Positions 23,994 through 36,086 of a stretch of DNA of 64,000 bases are shown piece after piece. The DNA is from Camelus dromedarius (lineage: Eukaryota). The stretch is from contig NC_087439.1 in assembly GCF_036321535.1 (NCBI RefSeq), positions 40,982,001 to 41,046,000 of the forward strand, given 5' to 3'. The notes below the pieces were generated by a model. That model saw nothing but the letters and a program-made list of their open reading frames with translations. It was not told the origin of the DNA and ran no database searches. The translations under genes and the position numbers were made by a program. Position 1 is the stretch's first letter. Each line of letters begins with the position of its first letter.

Positions 23994-26307
23994 TGCTAGA
24001 CAATGAAAAAATCACCAAGTAAATTATGAGATAATTTCAAATAGTGATTAAATGTTAAATGCTAATGGTAATACAGAACCTATTTCAATTGGAAGTTGCA
24101 AATCGAACTTGAGATTCAGAGGCACTTCCTAATTTTTGCTTCCCTTTCCACAGAGTCCAATTGTTGACGCAGACTTGTTTTCTCATTCACACCATCAACA
24201 GAACAATGTGGTCTCTGAATCTTTTTTAATTGTCAGCCTTTAAAGCACACCAAAAAATCTTTTGTATTATGTGCTTTCCTCAAATATCTGGAGATCCTGA
24301 GCTGTTAGTTCATATTTAAGACTCAAGCACTAAAACAGTATGTAAAAGTCCTATTTTCATGAATTGAGGCACATAGGTTGATGAGCTTCACTTGAGGGTA
24401 ATCAGGTGGCTAGCTATTTTTTTTCCAATGGGAAATACAAACATCAATAAAAAAAACAATTCTCCAATTTCTTGACTAGATACATGAACCTGGCTATTGG
24501 TTTTTTAGAAACTCGACAGGGAAGTGAGGCTAAAAATCTCACTGTTCAGTATGCCCCTTTTAATTTAGTACAATCTGTTTTCATATGCACCCCACCCCCA
24601 CTCTCCTAAGTGGAGTTCCCAGGTCTGTAGCCTCTCTGGTTCTGCCTTTCCAGAGAGGCAATGTCTGCTGGGGACGAATGAGTTGTCTGACACCGTGGGA
24701 TCTTCAGGTCAAACACTTCATATAAATTTTCAAACCATCCCCGACCTCAGCCTCACCATCTGTGGATCTTGCCCATTCTTAAGCCACCCAGTTTCTATGG
24801 GATAAAGAGGTAAATTTCATAATGGGACTCTCACCCCCTTTCTCTCTCCCACATACCAGTTGCACCCCCATTATACATATATCAAGAAAAACAAAGAGTA
24901 AGTCCCTCAGGAAAAAAAATGTTCTCTTGAATATGTTTCAGTCCCCAAAATATATTTCCTATGTCTTTATTAAATATTTGCACAGTAATATTTAGGAGTT
25001 TTATGTCCTTCTCTTGAGCTAGTATGCTCACATAAATTTTTTATAATTGCCCAAATTTTGGCTTTGGATAGTACACATTTAATTTCATGGAGAGAATGAC
25101 TAGCATACTGTTATTATTGAAGTTCACTTTTTGGTAGCAGTACTCTATGACGGCAATTTGATGCTACATACCAATTCTAGATTTGGAAATGGTGCTTCTT
25201 TCTCCGATGGTAAAGTTAAGAAGGATTAAATAAGGTCTAGGTGAATACAATATAAGTACAGTTAAGCTGGAAGAGGAGAGAATTTTCACTGCCAACCAAA
25301 TGGGAGCTGTCCACTGTGGTCTATGAGTAAACAGTGATATGTTCAGATTCTATTTCTCCTTCTCTCTATGTATAAATGTACTAATGAATGTAAAAACTCT
25401 AAACTTTACACTTCAAACATCTTTTATTTCTTAAATGTACAGTTCTTTAGACTCTCTGCCAGAAATATACACTAAAAGTTAACAAGACAAAAATAGTTAT
25501 TCGTGTAAAGTTTTGTTTTTGTTTTGTTAATCCCTTTTTGTGCTACCATTTTTCATCCCTTTATGTACAAATGTATTAACTTTTAAGGAAAAAGATATTC
25601 AGAAAATTTTTAAGATAAAGACAATTTAATACTCTTTATACACACCTGTTATTTAACCCTTCTGCTATGCCTTAATGAATTACTGTATTTCTATATGTGA
25701 TATATAAGTTTTCTAACTTAATAAGGGGTAGTGGGTAACAGGCCAAGAATATTCTAATAATGGCCTATTCCCTTAGTCAATTTGGTCTTCTATAACCTTT
25801 GCACACTATACCGGATTTCATAGCAAAAAAGTTTCATTCTGACTAGAGCCATGTCATGACCTTTGAACTCACTGTCTAAATGTTTTCTAATAAAAACGAC
25901 TCTTGGAAAGGCAACTATGAGTCATAGAACTTTTTATGATCTTATTCTCTCACTCTATAATTCCAGTTTCAATTTTTAATTCAGTAATTCCAGATCCCAA
26001 TTTTGTCTAGAAAATATTCCTAACTCCAGACAGATAAATGCAAAAGACTAGAAAGTTCTATTACAGATGTAAATACAGATGGGAATTTAATACTGCCTGT
26101 GATAATGATATTTCAAATTTCTGGGATAAGAACTGAATTTTCAACAATTGGTACTGGGAAAAATCTGATGAAAAATAAAAGTTATGTATCTACCTTATTC
26201 TTTATACTAAAGTAAGCCCAATGGACCAGATATATAAATATGAGAATATAACACTGAGGGGAAAAAACAGAAAAGAAATCCATCTTCATGTAGTTTCTGT
26301 TCTAGAG

Positions 26308-26521
26308 CAGTGTTGCCCAAGAGAACTTTCTGCAGTGACGGGGATTTGCTGTCTGTGTGCTGTCCAATAGAGTGGCCACTCACGACATATGGCTGCTGAA
26401 AACCTGAAATACATTGAGCGAGTGGACCAAAAACCTGAATTTTTCATTTGAATTCACTTAAATTCAATCTAAATACTTTAAATGTACACGTGGTGAATGG
26501 CCACCCTATTGGACAGAGTAG
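26308..26521 (+). mobile_element. MER3 (hAT-Charlie)
   Basis: cagtgttgcccaagagaactttctgcagtgacgg...gctgtccaatagagtggccact...tattggacagagtag. TSD ttctagag/ctctagtg. Confidence 0.85.
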
Positions 26522-26529
26522 CTCTAGTG

Positions 26530-26693
26530 CACTGATTCCCTAAGTGCGATTCACCAATCTGCAGCATCAGTATTGCTGGGAACTTGTTACCAATGCAAGT
26601 GCTCAAGTCCCAGTCCAGATCTTTGAATCAGATGCTCTAGGGATAAGGCAAGGGAAGCTGATTCTGACACATACTACAGTTTTCAAACCAGTG
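26530..26693 (+). mobile_element. MER5A-type element (internally deleted)
   Basis: gcagcatcagtattgctgggaacttgttaccaatgcaa...gaatcagatgctctagg...gattctgacac...caaaccagtg. Confidence 0.7.
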
Positions 26694-26699
26694 ATGTGG

Positions 26700-27230
26700 G
26701 GAGAAGAGAATAAAGAAACAAGTAAATTGTACAGTAATCAGATAACAATAAATGCTGCAATGAAAAATAAGATAAGGAAGAAGATTCGAAAATGTCCTAA
26801 TTGAAAAAACAACATTAGAACAGAGCCCTGAATGGAATGAGATACTGGGGAAAGAACAGACCAGGCAGGGTTGACAAATGCAAAGGCCCTAAGGCAGAAG
26901 TATGCTCCCTGTGTTTAAGGGAAAACAGAAACCAGTTTGCTGGGGTGAAAGCTGTAGACATGATATCTTATAGAGCTGAAGGGCCTAGTGAAAACTTTTC
27001 ATGATTTTATGAACTGAGATAGAAAACCACAGAAGGGTTCTGAGGAGTGATGCAAACTACTTTACATTTTAAAAGGATTATATCCTGATTGTTGTATTCA
27101 GAATAGTCTGGGGAGAAGTTACAAAGCTACTGCAAAAAATTTAGGTGAGAGATGGTGGTCACTTAGACTAGTCAGATTCCAGATGTATTTTGTAGGGAGG
27201 TGACAGGACTGATTAAATTCTATGCAGGAA
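26700..27230 (-). mobile_element. L2 fragment
   Basis: Antisense L2 motifs: aaatgcaaaggccctaaggcag, gagatggtggtcacttagactag. Confidence 0.65.
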
Positions 27231-30099
27231 GGAAAGGGTAAAATTACTCAAAAGACAGAAAATGGAGCCAACCAGCAGAAAGAGGCCAGGATTGTAGAGA
27301 CACTACCAAGTGGCAGGGTTGCTGAAAGGACTCAACAGGAAGCCTAAAATGCTAATTTAAGTTACTTGCTATGCGATATGCTTACTAACCTCTTCCTGGT
27401 GACCCACAAAGCATTGCTAAGGTCCTGGTAGCTTTAAGAGGGGTTAATCAAGGAGAGGAAAAAAAATTTCAAAAAATAGAGACTAGAAACTAAGAATCCA
27501 AAAATAAGGTATAAAGTCAGAGCCAAAGGTAGTTCCAAGAACATAAACCTTTGGGAATTTACAATAATATTACAAAGGGCATTTGTGGAACAGGGGTTCA
27601 GGTCAACATTTTGGAGACTGTAAGAGCAGAATGTTCTAAAGATGTCAACTGGGTTCCATTGATACCTAGACATGAATTCCTCTCTAGCAGGACCACCTCT
27701 TATAGTCTTTCTTCCCAGGGACATAGTAAGGTGAATGTCACTGAATAAGGAATTTATAGGAACCAATGATTATCTATTAGGTAATTCTGCTTCAACACCC
27801 ATGAGCTCAAACATATAGCAGACAATATGCATTTGATTTGTCTGTACAGTGTCTGCATGCAAAGGAAAAATTGCTGAAAGAAGATTCACATGCTTTAAAG
27901 GAAACCACATAGGTGAGAAAGCTGCTTTGGTTTTTGTTTTTTAATGAACAAACTTGACTAGTAGCCTTGTTGTAGTACATCTGTACAGAGAGGTGGGACA
28001 TAGCATTAAGCTGGGCTAAGACCTTTCCCCCAGACACCTCAGACCAGTTTAACTGGTTGAAGCATTTAACTGAAGGCTCAGCATTTGGCACTAAAAGCAC
28101 AGATGAGGTGACCTTGACCTTGCTGATTTTGAGGGTGGGAATTATTGACCAGCCAGCTCTACATAAAGGAGCCCTAATACTATAAAAGTAGGACATTAAC
28201 TTTTAAGCAGGCCCCACAAGCAGTGGGGCTGCTTTTGGGATTAACTAGTCACAAAATGCTCCTACGGAAAACAGTCATCTCTTGAGTATGGTTTAGAATT
28301 ATCCACCTGGATGCCAAGCTACTTCTACCAAAAACAACAATTTTGGTTTGAGGATAATTATCCTAAGCTGATGCACTTTGCAGCAGTTGGCTAAAAGGCT
28401 CGACACGGGGTCACCACGGGAAGGACGCATGTTTTCCTGTTTGCTGAGGTGGGAGCACAGGCCAGCGGTCCACCTGAAACCCAGCCAAATAATTAACAGT
28501 TGAAAAGGACTGGCTGAATTTGATCATCATTTCCTCATTCAAATAAGAAACAGTCTTCTCTATTTCACTACATTACTTTGGATTTTGGTTTATATTATTT
28601 AACAGAGTCCACTTTGTATTAATATTATTTATGGATTTTTTCTTCTCTTGTAAAGTAAAATGATTTCCTAGAGGGTAGATTTTTAAAAAAAAATTTCTTA
28701 ACTCTTCTTTGAAATGGAAGAGACTGCTATGAGATTTCCTACTCCTTTTAGAAATAACAACCCCTTGTATTAATTTCAAATTTATTAACTCATCTGAGCT
28801 CACGACCACCACAAATCTACTCCCACTTTACGAATGAAAAAACTGTGGTTAGAGAAGTCACATGACCAGATTATGAAGGGCATGCATCATATGAGGGTGC
28901 AGTCAGGATTAAAACGTCTTGACTCTTCATCCACCTGCATCTTAGCCTCATGACCCCATAAATCAGGATTCAGGATAGGGCGGATGGTTTGCAACAGGCT
29001 ATCTGCTGTCTGCTGCAGTTTTAGTTCATAGATTGATGACATCACTAAATTAGCCCCTAAATCCACCAGTGACCCTGGTGGGGTCATAGCACATATTAAG
29101 GGTAATTTTGTCCTAGCTTTATCACCTGCTAGATAAGACAAGACTTTCATTTTTGTGTTTTTAAGTATCAAAAGTCAAAGTCACAGTTCACCGAAGAGGT
29201 TTCAGAGGAGCTCCACATCTGCCTTGGTGAGTTTCCAAAAGGACTGCTATGTAATTTATCATCCAATTTGGGACACCTGAGAGCGAAAGGGGACCACCGT
29301 TGGGAATTACTCTGGGATGATAGGTACAAAGAGGGACTGTCATAGGAAAATGAGGATGCATGATGGTAAGTACTTGCTATGACTAGATGGATTTCAAGCA
29401 TCTGATAAGGGGCTGAACTCTATGAATAAGATACTTCTTTAGTATGATCCTTTAAATCTGCCCCAGTAGCTGATAAAGTATTTTACCCAATTTCCTCAAA
29501 ACTGAGTTGAGTTGAATTGGTTCTAGCTGTCCCTTACAAGTGCATACCAACAACCCAATTAAACTTATCAACAGCAATATGGGAATTTTTAGAACATTCC
29601 CCACTGTTACTGATGTTTGTTTATCTTAAGCTAACCCACTTAGTTCAATAATGAGTTCAGGAATCAAGTAATGCTCTCTAACCATACTTGTGTGCATGAA
29701 ATGAAGTGGATCTGGTACATAAAACAAATAAACCTAACCTCAGAGTTGAGAGTGCTTACTGAATTATGCATTAGGAAACATTTTGAAGAGAGTAACACAG
29801 AATTAAAATTTGAAGACAATGACAGATCATAGTAGTATTAAATTGATAAAAGGCCTTAAATATGAAAAACAGATATTTCTCAGTGTAAAAAAAAAATGAA
29901 ATTCCCCATTTTCAACTAAACTCTACCTGATCATTTACCTTGGATGTTATTTTCAAGGTTAATTATAAATAATTATCTTCATAAAAATTGTGATTTAAGA
30001 ACATATCTGTTAAACACACATACACACACCCCTTATAAAAACAGAACTACTACTAATATATCTCACTTCAGTTGGGGCAATTCAAATACGGACACAGAA

Positions 30100-30430
30100 T
30101 AAGATAAAATTTTATTGACATGAAAGTTAGAAATCATTCACTGAAAAAAAAGGCAGGTTCCAAGACAGAATGTGCAATATGATACCACACTGGCAAAGAG
30201 AAAAGGGTGCCTATAGAGGCAGGTACGTAGATATACATTTGTGTGTGTGTGTGTGTCTGTGCACGTGTGTGTGGATAAAAGGTTAGAGACAACAATGTTA
30301 ATAGTTGTAATCTGTCTGCTTAATAATGACATGGTGTTTTAAGGTTTTTTTGGCTTATCTGTATTTTCCTACTTTCTGTAATGTCCAACTATTGCATTTA
30401 TAGGCATAAAAATTAAAAATAAAATTAACA
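30100..30430 (+). mobile_element. Old L1ME-type 3' end with an internal (GT)n run
   Basis: aaaggcaggttccaagacagaatgtgcaatatgatacc...aatgttaatagttg...ttatctgtattttcctactttct...A-rich end. Confidence 0.55.
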
Positions 30431-30982
30431 AGGGTCATTGTTATAAGGTGTAGATGCCAGAGAAGGGAAGGTGGTGAGGATGACCCTCCTAGGAATGACA
30501 CTGGAGGCATCTGTGTGTATTCTGTCACCCTTGCCCAACCAGGAGAGCAATCAGTCACCAGAGGCTTGTGTGCACCCTGGCTCCAGGCTGCTGGGGGCAT
30601 TACCTGAGCCTTGAGTGCAGGATAACCATCAGGTAGAAACTCGGGCAGCACTTTACATTTAAATAAGCTACCAGTTAAAATCCAAACTTTAAGCAGCTTC
30701 AGTTGAATAAGTATCTAAATCAAAATTTAAGCATTCTTAGGGCGTTCAACGTGAGCGTGCCATGCAATAGATTCTCAGCAATGTGTTTTTAAAATCTACT
30801 AGCTTATTACATAATGTAATTACCCCACATGTCATCTGACTCTTCTCAATAAATAGAAGTATATATGAAATTCTGAAACACTTCTGAAATCCATATCGTC
30901 TTTGTATCACTATTTTTTTAAAACAAAAATTGACCCACATTGATCCAGTACTATCTTGTCACTTTTCATAGTCTACTTTTTC

Positions 30983-30998
30983 CCAGTAGGTGGCACTG
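30983..30998 (+). promoter_or_regulatory. CTCF binding motif (perfect core match)
   Basis: CCAGTAGGTGGCACTG matches CCASYAGRKGGCRSYR at all 16 positions. Confidence 0.65.
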
Positions 30999-33179
30999 TA
31001 GTCCATGTAAAACACTCCTGAGCTGGTTCTCTGACCCACCCAGTGCGAGTCAAAACTCTGGCCAGAAAGGCCAGAGAGGTGAGGCGGCTTGCTTGAGGTC
31101 ATATAGCAAGTTATGGAATAAACTATAGAGCCTGAGGTTTCTAACTTCAAGTTCTGTGCTTTCTTTATTTGTGTTTTCATTCCTAGTACTCTCGGATTTG
31201 CTCAAATCAAAACTAATTCCTATTTATAGCATTCAGGGCAGAAAATATCATAAATTACAGGACAAGAGAGTATGCTAGTATAGCCATGAATACTCTCCTT
31301 CTAGGCAAACAAAGAGGATTCATGTCAATCTTCTATCAAATTTCCCAAATGAGAACTGCTTTTAAAGTGTTCCAGAAAAAGAAAGAGGAAAAAGGAACAA
31401 ACACTTACTTGATGACAAAGGATTACGTACTGGGCAGACACCTGACTATAATGTAAGGCCCTGGAGGGATGTGCACACATACCAACATGTTTTCTTTTTC
31501 TCTTGTAGTGTCTGGAACAGGTCAGCCTATACGCTTCTTTTCATTAAAAATTATCTTTTCCCAAATCCTGGTAGGCACCACTGTTTATGCTGTTCTGCAG
31601 GTATGACATTTTCTGAGGACAGCCCTAGGCAGCTGGTCGCTAATGCTCACAAGCAGGATTCATTAACCCTCACTTTTAGTAAAGCAGACAGCTGCTCTGT
31701 CTGGTGAAAAAGGCCATTTACTCGACCAGCACACACACTTATATACACGTGTACACACATATCTACCTATACTACAGTATAATGGATATTACATTTAACT
31801 AAAGTGTTTTAATTCTCTTTCATTCAATCCTGTTATCCATGATAGCAGGACACAGAAATGCTCAAGAGTTTTCAGGCTGGCACTGCAGCTACCCTCACTG
31901 TAAGCAAAAGATCACGAAAGCAGGATGGCAGACACAGGGGGAGTTTTGGTCATTAAAGAGGTGGTATCATTAAGCTCTGGTACCAAGAGATTGTTAAGCC
32001 TGCAGAAGGCTACTAACCTGATTCAGGATAATAAGTTTTTAGTCTCCCCCGGAGCACGTTGACTACCACCTCCAACCTTATTGTGTTCCCTAATCTGAAT
32101 AAGCTCTCTGGTGAAAAAAAAAAAAAAATCAATGTACAAACAAGTACATTCTTCTGAAGATCATGCTGTGCATTACATTCTCGCAAATGGAACATTCTGA
32201 GCATACCTCTGCATGAGCTGTACAATAAGAGAGAGGAAAGCTTGCTAAAATCTTCCCCAAGAATACATTTTGAGGAAAACAAAAGTCTGAAAAGTTAAAT
32301 GAAGTATATCAGTTTTCTAAATATTTATTTCAGTCTAATATTGATATTATTCTTCAAAGGAAATATACATGTATAATGCCATCAAAATGAATATACAAGG
32401 AATATTTATACAAATCAAGAAGAGATGATCTCAAAAATTATATTAGAGAACTTTCACAGTGCCATATGGAACTCTGATTTATCTGAGAAAACCTCCAGTC
32501 CTTAAACTTACTTAAAATAACTCTTCCCGACGCCCCCACCAAATTCCTGCATCATTTTGTTGAAATTTTTCCTATTCCTATTGTTATTACAGTAACAAGA
32601 CCATAAAGAAATTTAGGTTATCTATGTCATGGGTCTTCACATTCAGGAGCTAACATTTTCCAGAAAGAATGTATTTTTCTATTTATACATTTTTGTTGTT
32701 GATGTTATTGTTAAATTCTGAGTTTTTAAAAAATGAGCCAGCATTTGCTGCAACATTCAAGATACCCCCAAATCACAGTCTTAAGGTATCATGAATAGCA
32801 CTCCGAAATATCTAGAATCACTCCTAAGATATCCAGAATCACAGAACCACTTTAAATCATAAACACTAAAAATAAAAAAACAAGTCATAGTGTCTACAAC
32901 TTGAGTCAGTCCTGAATGATGAAACTATTAGGAACAAAGTCCCTAAATCAAAGCCCCTAGTAAAAACACGGATATGAAACAAATTCTACTCTCAGAAGTT
33001 TTTGGGCCCCAAACAGAATTTTAAAAGCAATCAGAATTGGGGGCATTCTTGCCTTGCACTCTACCTGAAGAAAGTATCTTTATTTAAAAGCTCCTGGGAA
33101 AGCAACGAGGGCCTACCCAAATGCTGCTTCAAGACACACCATTTAAGCTGCTACTTCCATCTACATACAATAGTTTAGG

Positions 33180-33960
33180 GAGACATTCTGAATTTATTAA
33201 ATGCCTACTACATTGCAAGAAACTGTGCTAAGCACTATGAAGAAAAGTAATGATACCTGCATAGAGCTTCTGGTTTATTTAAGAAATAAGACACACATAT
33301 AAATTATAGGATAGGACAAGATGTGATAACCATTCCTGGTTTAAAGTTTCAGTAGAGTTTAGAAGTCAGAGCTAACAGTTCATTCTGGGGAGATCAGGGA
33401 CCTATATAAAGTGTCCCTTGAGCTACATGACATAACTGGAGAAAATGTGGGTGGCAAGGTACTCCAGACGGAAAAACCTTCCCAAAAGTGTGGAGGTAGA
33501 AAAAGCAGTCTCTGTAGGATGGAAGAGTCACATGCAGCAGAAGCTTAAGATATTCAAAGGGCAGTAGGCAAGGAAAGCCTGCCTCACCTCAGAGGAGAAG
33601 AAAATAAGGTGCCCCAGCGTCCAGGCTTGGTAGCTTGGACTTCCTTAATTTGGTGCTGACTTGCCGTCCCTGCAGTCTTTTATCAAAGGGAGTGCCACAA
33701 ACAGAGGGGTGTTTCAGTCAGATTAACCTGAGGGTGGAGAGTAAGTGGAGAGAGCCCAGAGTTAAGAAAAACAATTCTCAATACAAAATGGAGGAGACCA
33801 ATATGTGCCAGGCACTGATAATATTTCATTTAATCCCAACAACAATTCAGTTATAAAACATTTTTATAGATAAGAAAACTGAGGCAATTCAACAACAGTT
33901 GGCAGCCCAGAAACAAAAAGCTGACTGATAGAAAATTACTCTGGTTTAGGAACCTGGGAG
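33180..33960 (-). mobile_element. L2 fragment (~33180-33590) and MIR fragment (~33790-33960)
   Basis: atttattaaatgcctactacattgcaag...ctgtgctaagcact (antisense L2 tail); tgtgccaggcactg...agataagaaaactgaggca (antisense MIR). Confidence 0.6.
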
Positions 33961-35056
33961 GCAAACACACCGGAAGGTCAAAAGGGTGGGGAAAATCTGG
34001 GGTCCTCTTAAGTATAAATGCAGCAGGAATGACTGCTGCAGAATCCAAGTCAAATATGAAGAACAATGCAGCAATCTGAAGAGAGATCAGGAATTAGACT
34101 TTTAAGGAGGATGAAGAACAAATCAATGTAAGAAAAAGTGGATATGCCAGATGTCAAAACGGTTGTGTCAAAGAGGGAGCCCTAACATCTCAGTATCAGA
34201 ACAACTTCAGGGTGACAAGACACCACCGTCCAGGTGCACAGGGGGAAAGGACTATGGATGTAGCTTCCCAGAGTTAAGGAAACGGAAGAAAAGCTAGCTC
34301 AGGGTAGTATGTGGGAAAGTCTAAAGTAATTATGGGTGACAGGCTAGAGAGGAAAACCGTGATTCTAATACTGCAGTGACTGAGGTTGAAAAAAAAGAAA
34401 TCTAAAGGACACAGAAGGCTGACAGTAGGGTAGACAGCAATATAAACAGATGACTGCTACATTCAAGAAATAATGTTAAGAAGTACTGATGATGAAACCA
34501 TTGTTACCTGTCAGCATCAGTGGAGAACTTGGAAAAATACTGACTTTTTTTTTAAGTTACCTTGAATTCAGGGAACATAAGAAGAATTGCCTTTATCATC
34601 CCTAGCCATATCCATTATCATTATTACTTTAAAACCAGAGTAATGGTATGATTTCAAGGACTGAAGATGATATGATGGCCATTGTCCCTAACTTACAAGA
34701 TGCCTTCCTCACCCAGAAGAGGCACAACCCAGGTGTTTAGCTGCATCTGAGGTAGAAAAACTCCAAAGTCAGTCACAGGGTTCTCAACCTCCTAAGTGTG
34801 GTTCAATGTGCGATCTCCAAAACTACTTTCAATACAAAATAAATGGCAAAATGCAACTTACCTAAATTTAATGAGAATTTAATACACAATGCTATGTACT
34901 GCCTGCTAACGCTGAACTGTTCTATATTCATGTACTTCCATAAAGTTATACATAATCTTAAGGGTAAATCTTAAGATTATCTTGAATGAGTTTCTTTTAG
35001 ACAAAACCACATTGGAAAAATGCAATACCCAATATGTTGCTTACTTCTTCTTTTAT

Positions 35057-35060
<4 letters not shown>

Positions 35061-35110
<50 letters not shown>
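35061..35110. repeat. Perfect (CA)25 microsatellite
   Basis: Direct reading. Confidence 0.97.
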
Positions 35111-35114
<4 letters not shown>

Positions 35115-35897
35115 TGTAATACTAAGGTCAAAACAGCTTAAATTTCTAAAACAGGACTCAATAACAAACAGGTAGTTGAGGTGAAAGGTGGAACAAGACC
35201 AAGTATACAACTCACGTAACTTTCCACTTCGAAATGAAATGGAAAATTACACTTGGCTTTATTCCATTTTTCCAATTTTTAGTCAGGTGTTAAAAATATA
35301 AATCTCCTAAATCACATCTTCCCTTCTTGCTGGGTTAAAGTTTAATTTTACATTTCTGTTAAATGTATCCACACTTTTAATAAATTTATTAAGTCATTCA
35401 ATGACATGAAAGATCCTGCTAGTTTTACAGATATATTTATCTGTTTTGATAAATGAGAGAGTATTACATTTTAAGAGTAGTTTGTAACTTCTGCAAAATC
35501 AAATTTGGAGAAGCAGCTTAAAAGAGAAAGAATGATTTGGAAAGGACAGGAAAGGGTTTCTTCATGGATCCCTGGATTGCTTTGTAAGTTTGACATACAA
35601 AATCAATGCAACTGATTATCATTCCTCTGGGAAAGGCTATTAAAAAAAAAACGTATTAAATGACTAACAAAATATAATAATATAGTTCCAAATTTCAAGA
35701 GTCACTTCACTGGTGTTCATAGATCTGATATTTCAAACACTGTTAGAAAAACTTTTAATACCCTGCAGCATTTACTTTTTTTTTACTGAGTGATGAATGA
35801 AGTATTCTGTCAAAGAAAAAAAATCAAGTATACAACAGAGGGTTTCAATTACAGAAGAAGAAAGGGAAGTCCTGGTATTTCATTCACCCCATCGTAC

Positions 35898-36086
35898 CTG
35901 CCATGAACAGTAGTAGATTTGATAATATCCCCAGGTAGAACCACTAAGAGTTCAATGTCTTTATCTATCGTGTTTTCTTTCTGTTCCATGATAAAAGTAG
36001 AAGATTCTACAGAATTGTCAACTGAAGAGGCATCAAGGTATTTGGTCTCAGCTGGAGGAAGTGGTGCTTTGGCTTTTGGTTTTCTC
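35898..36086 (-). CDS. COBLL1: COBLL1 coding exon (189 nt, phase 2/2): [62 protein letters not shown]
   Basis: Acceptor ttttattttag|G at 36087/36086 and donor AG|gtacga at 35898/35897. Lies inside ORF 35849..36106. Contains the first KAKAPLPP proline motif. Confidence 0.96.

Noticed and set aside
34855-34890. Recursive splice site (tttag|gtaagt, minus strand)
   Set aside because: The upstream tract is A/T-mixed rather than pyrimidine-rich, and the site is only ~1 kb into the intron.
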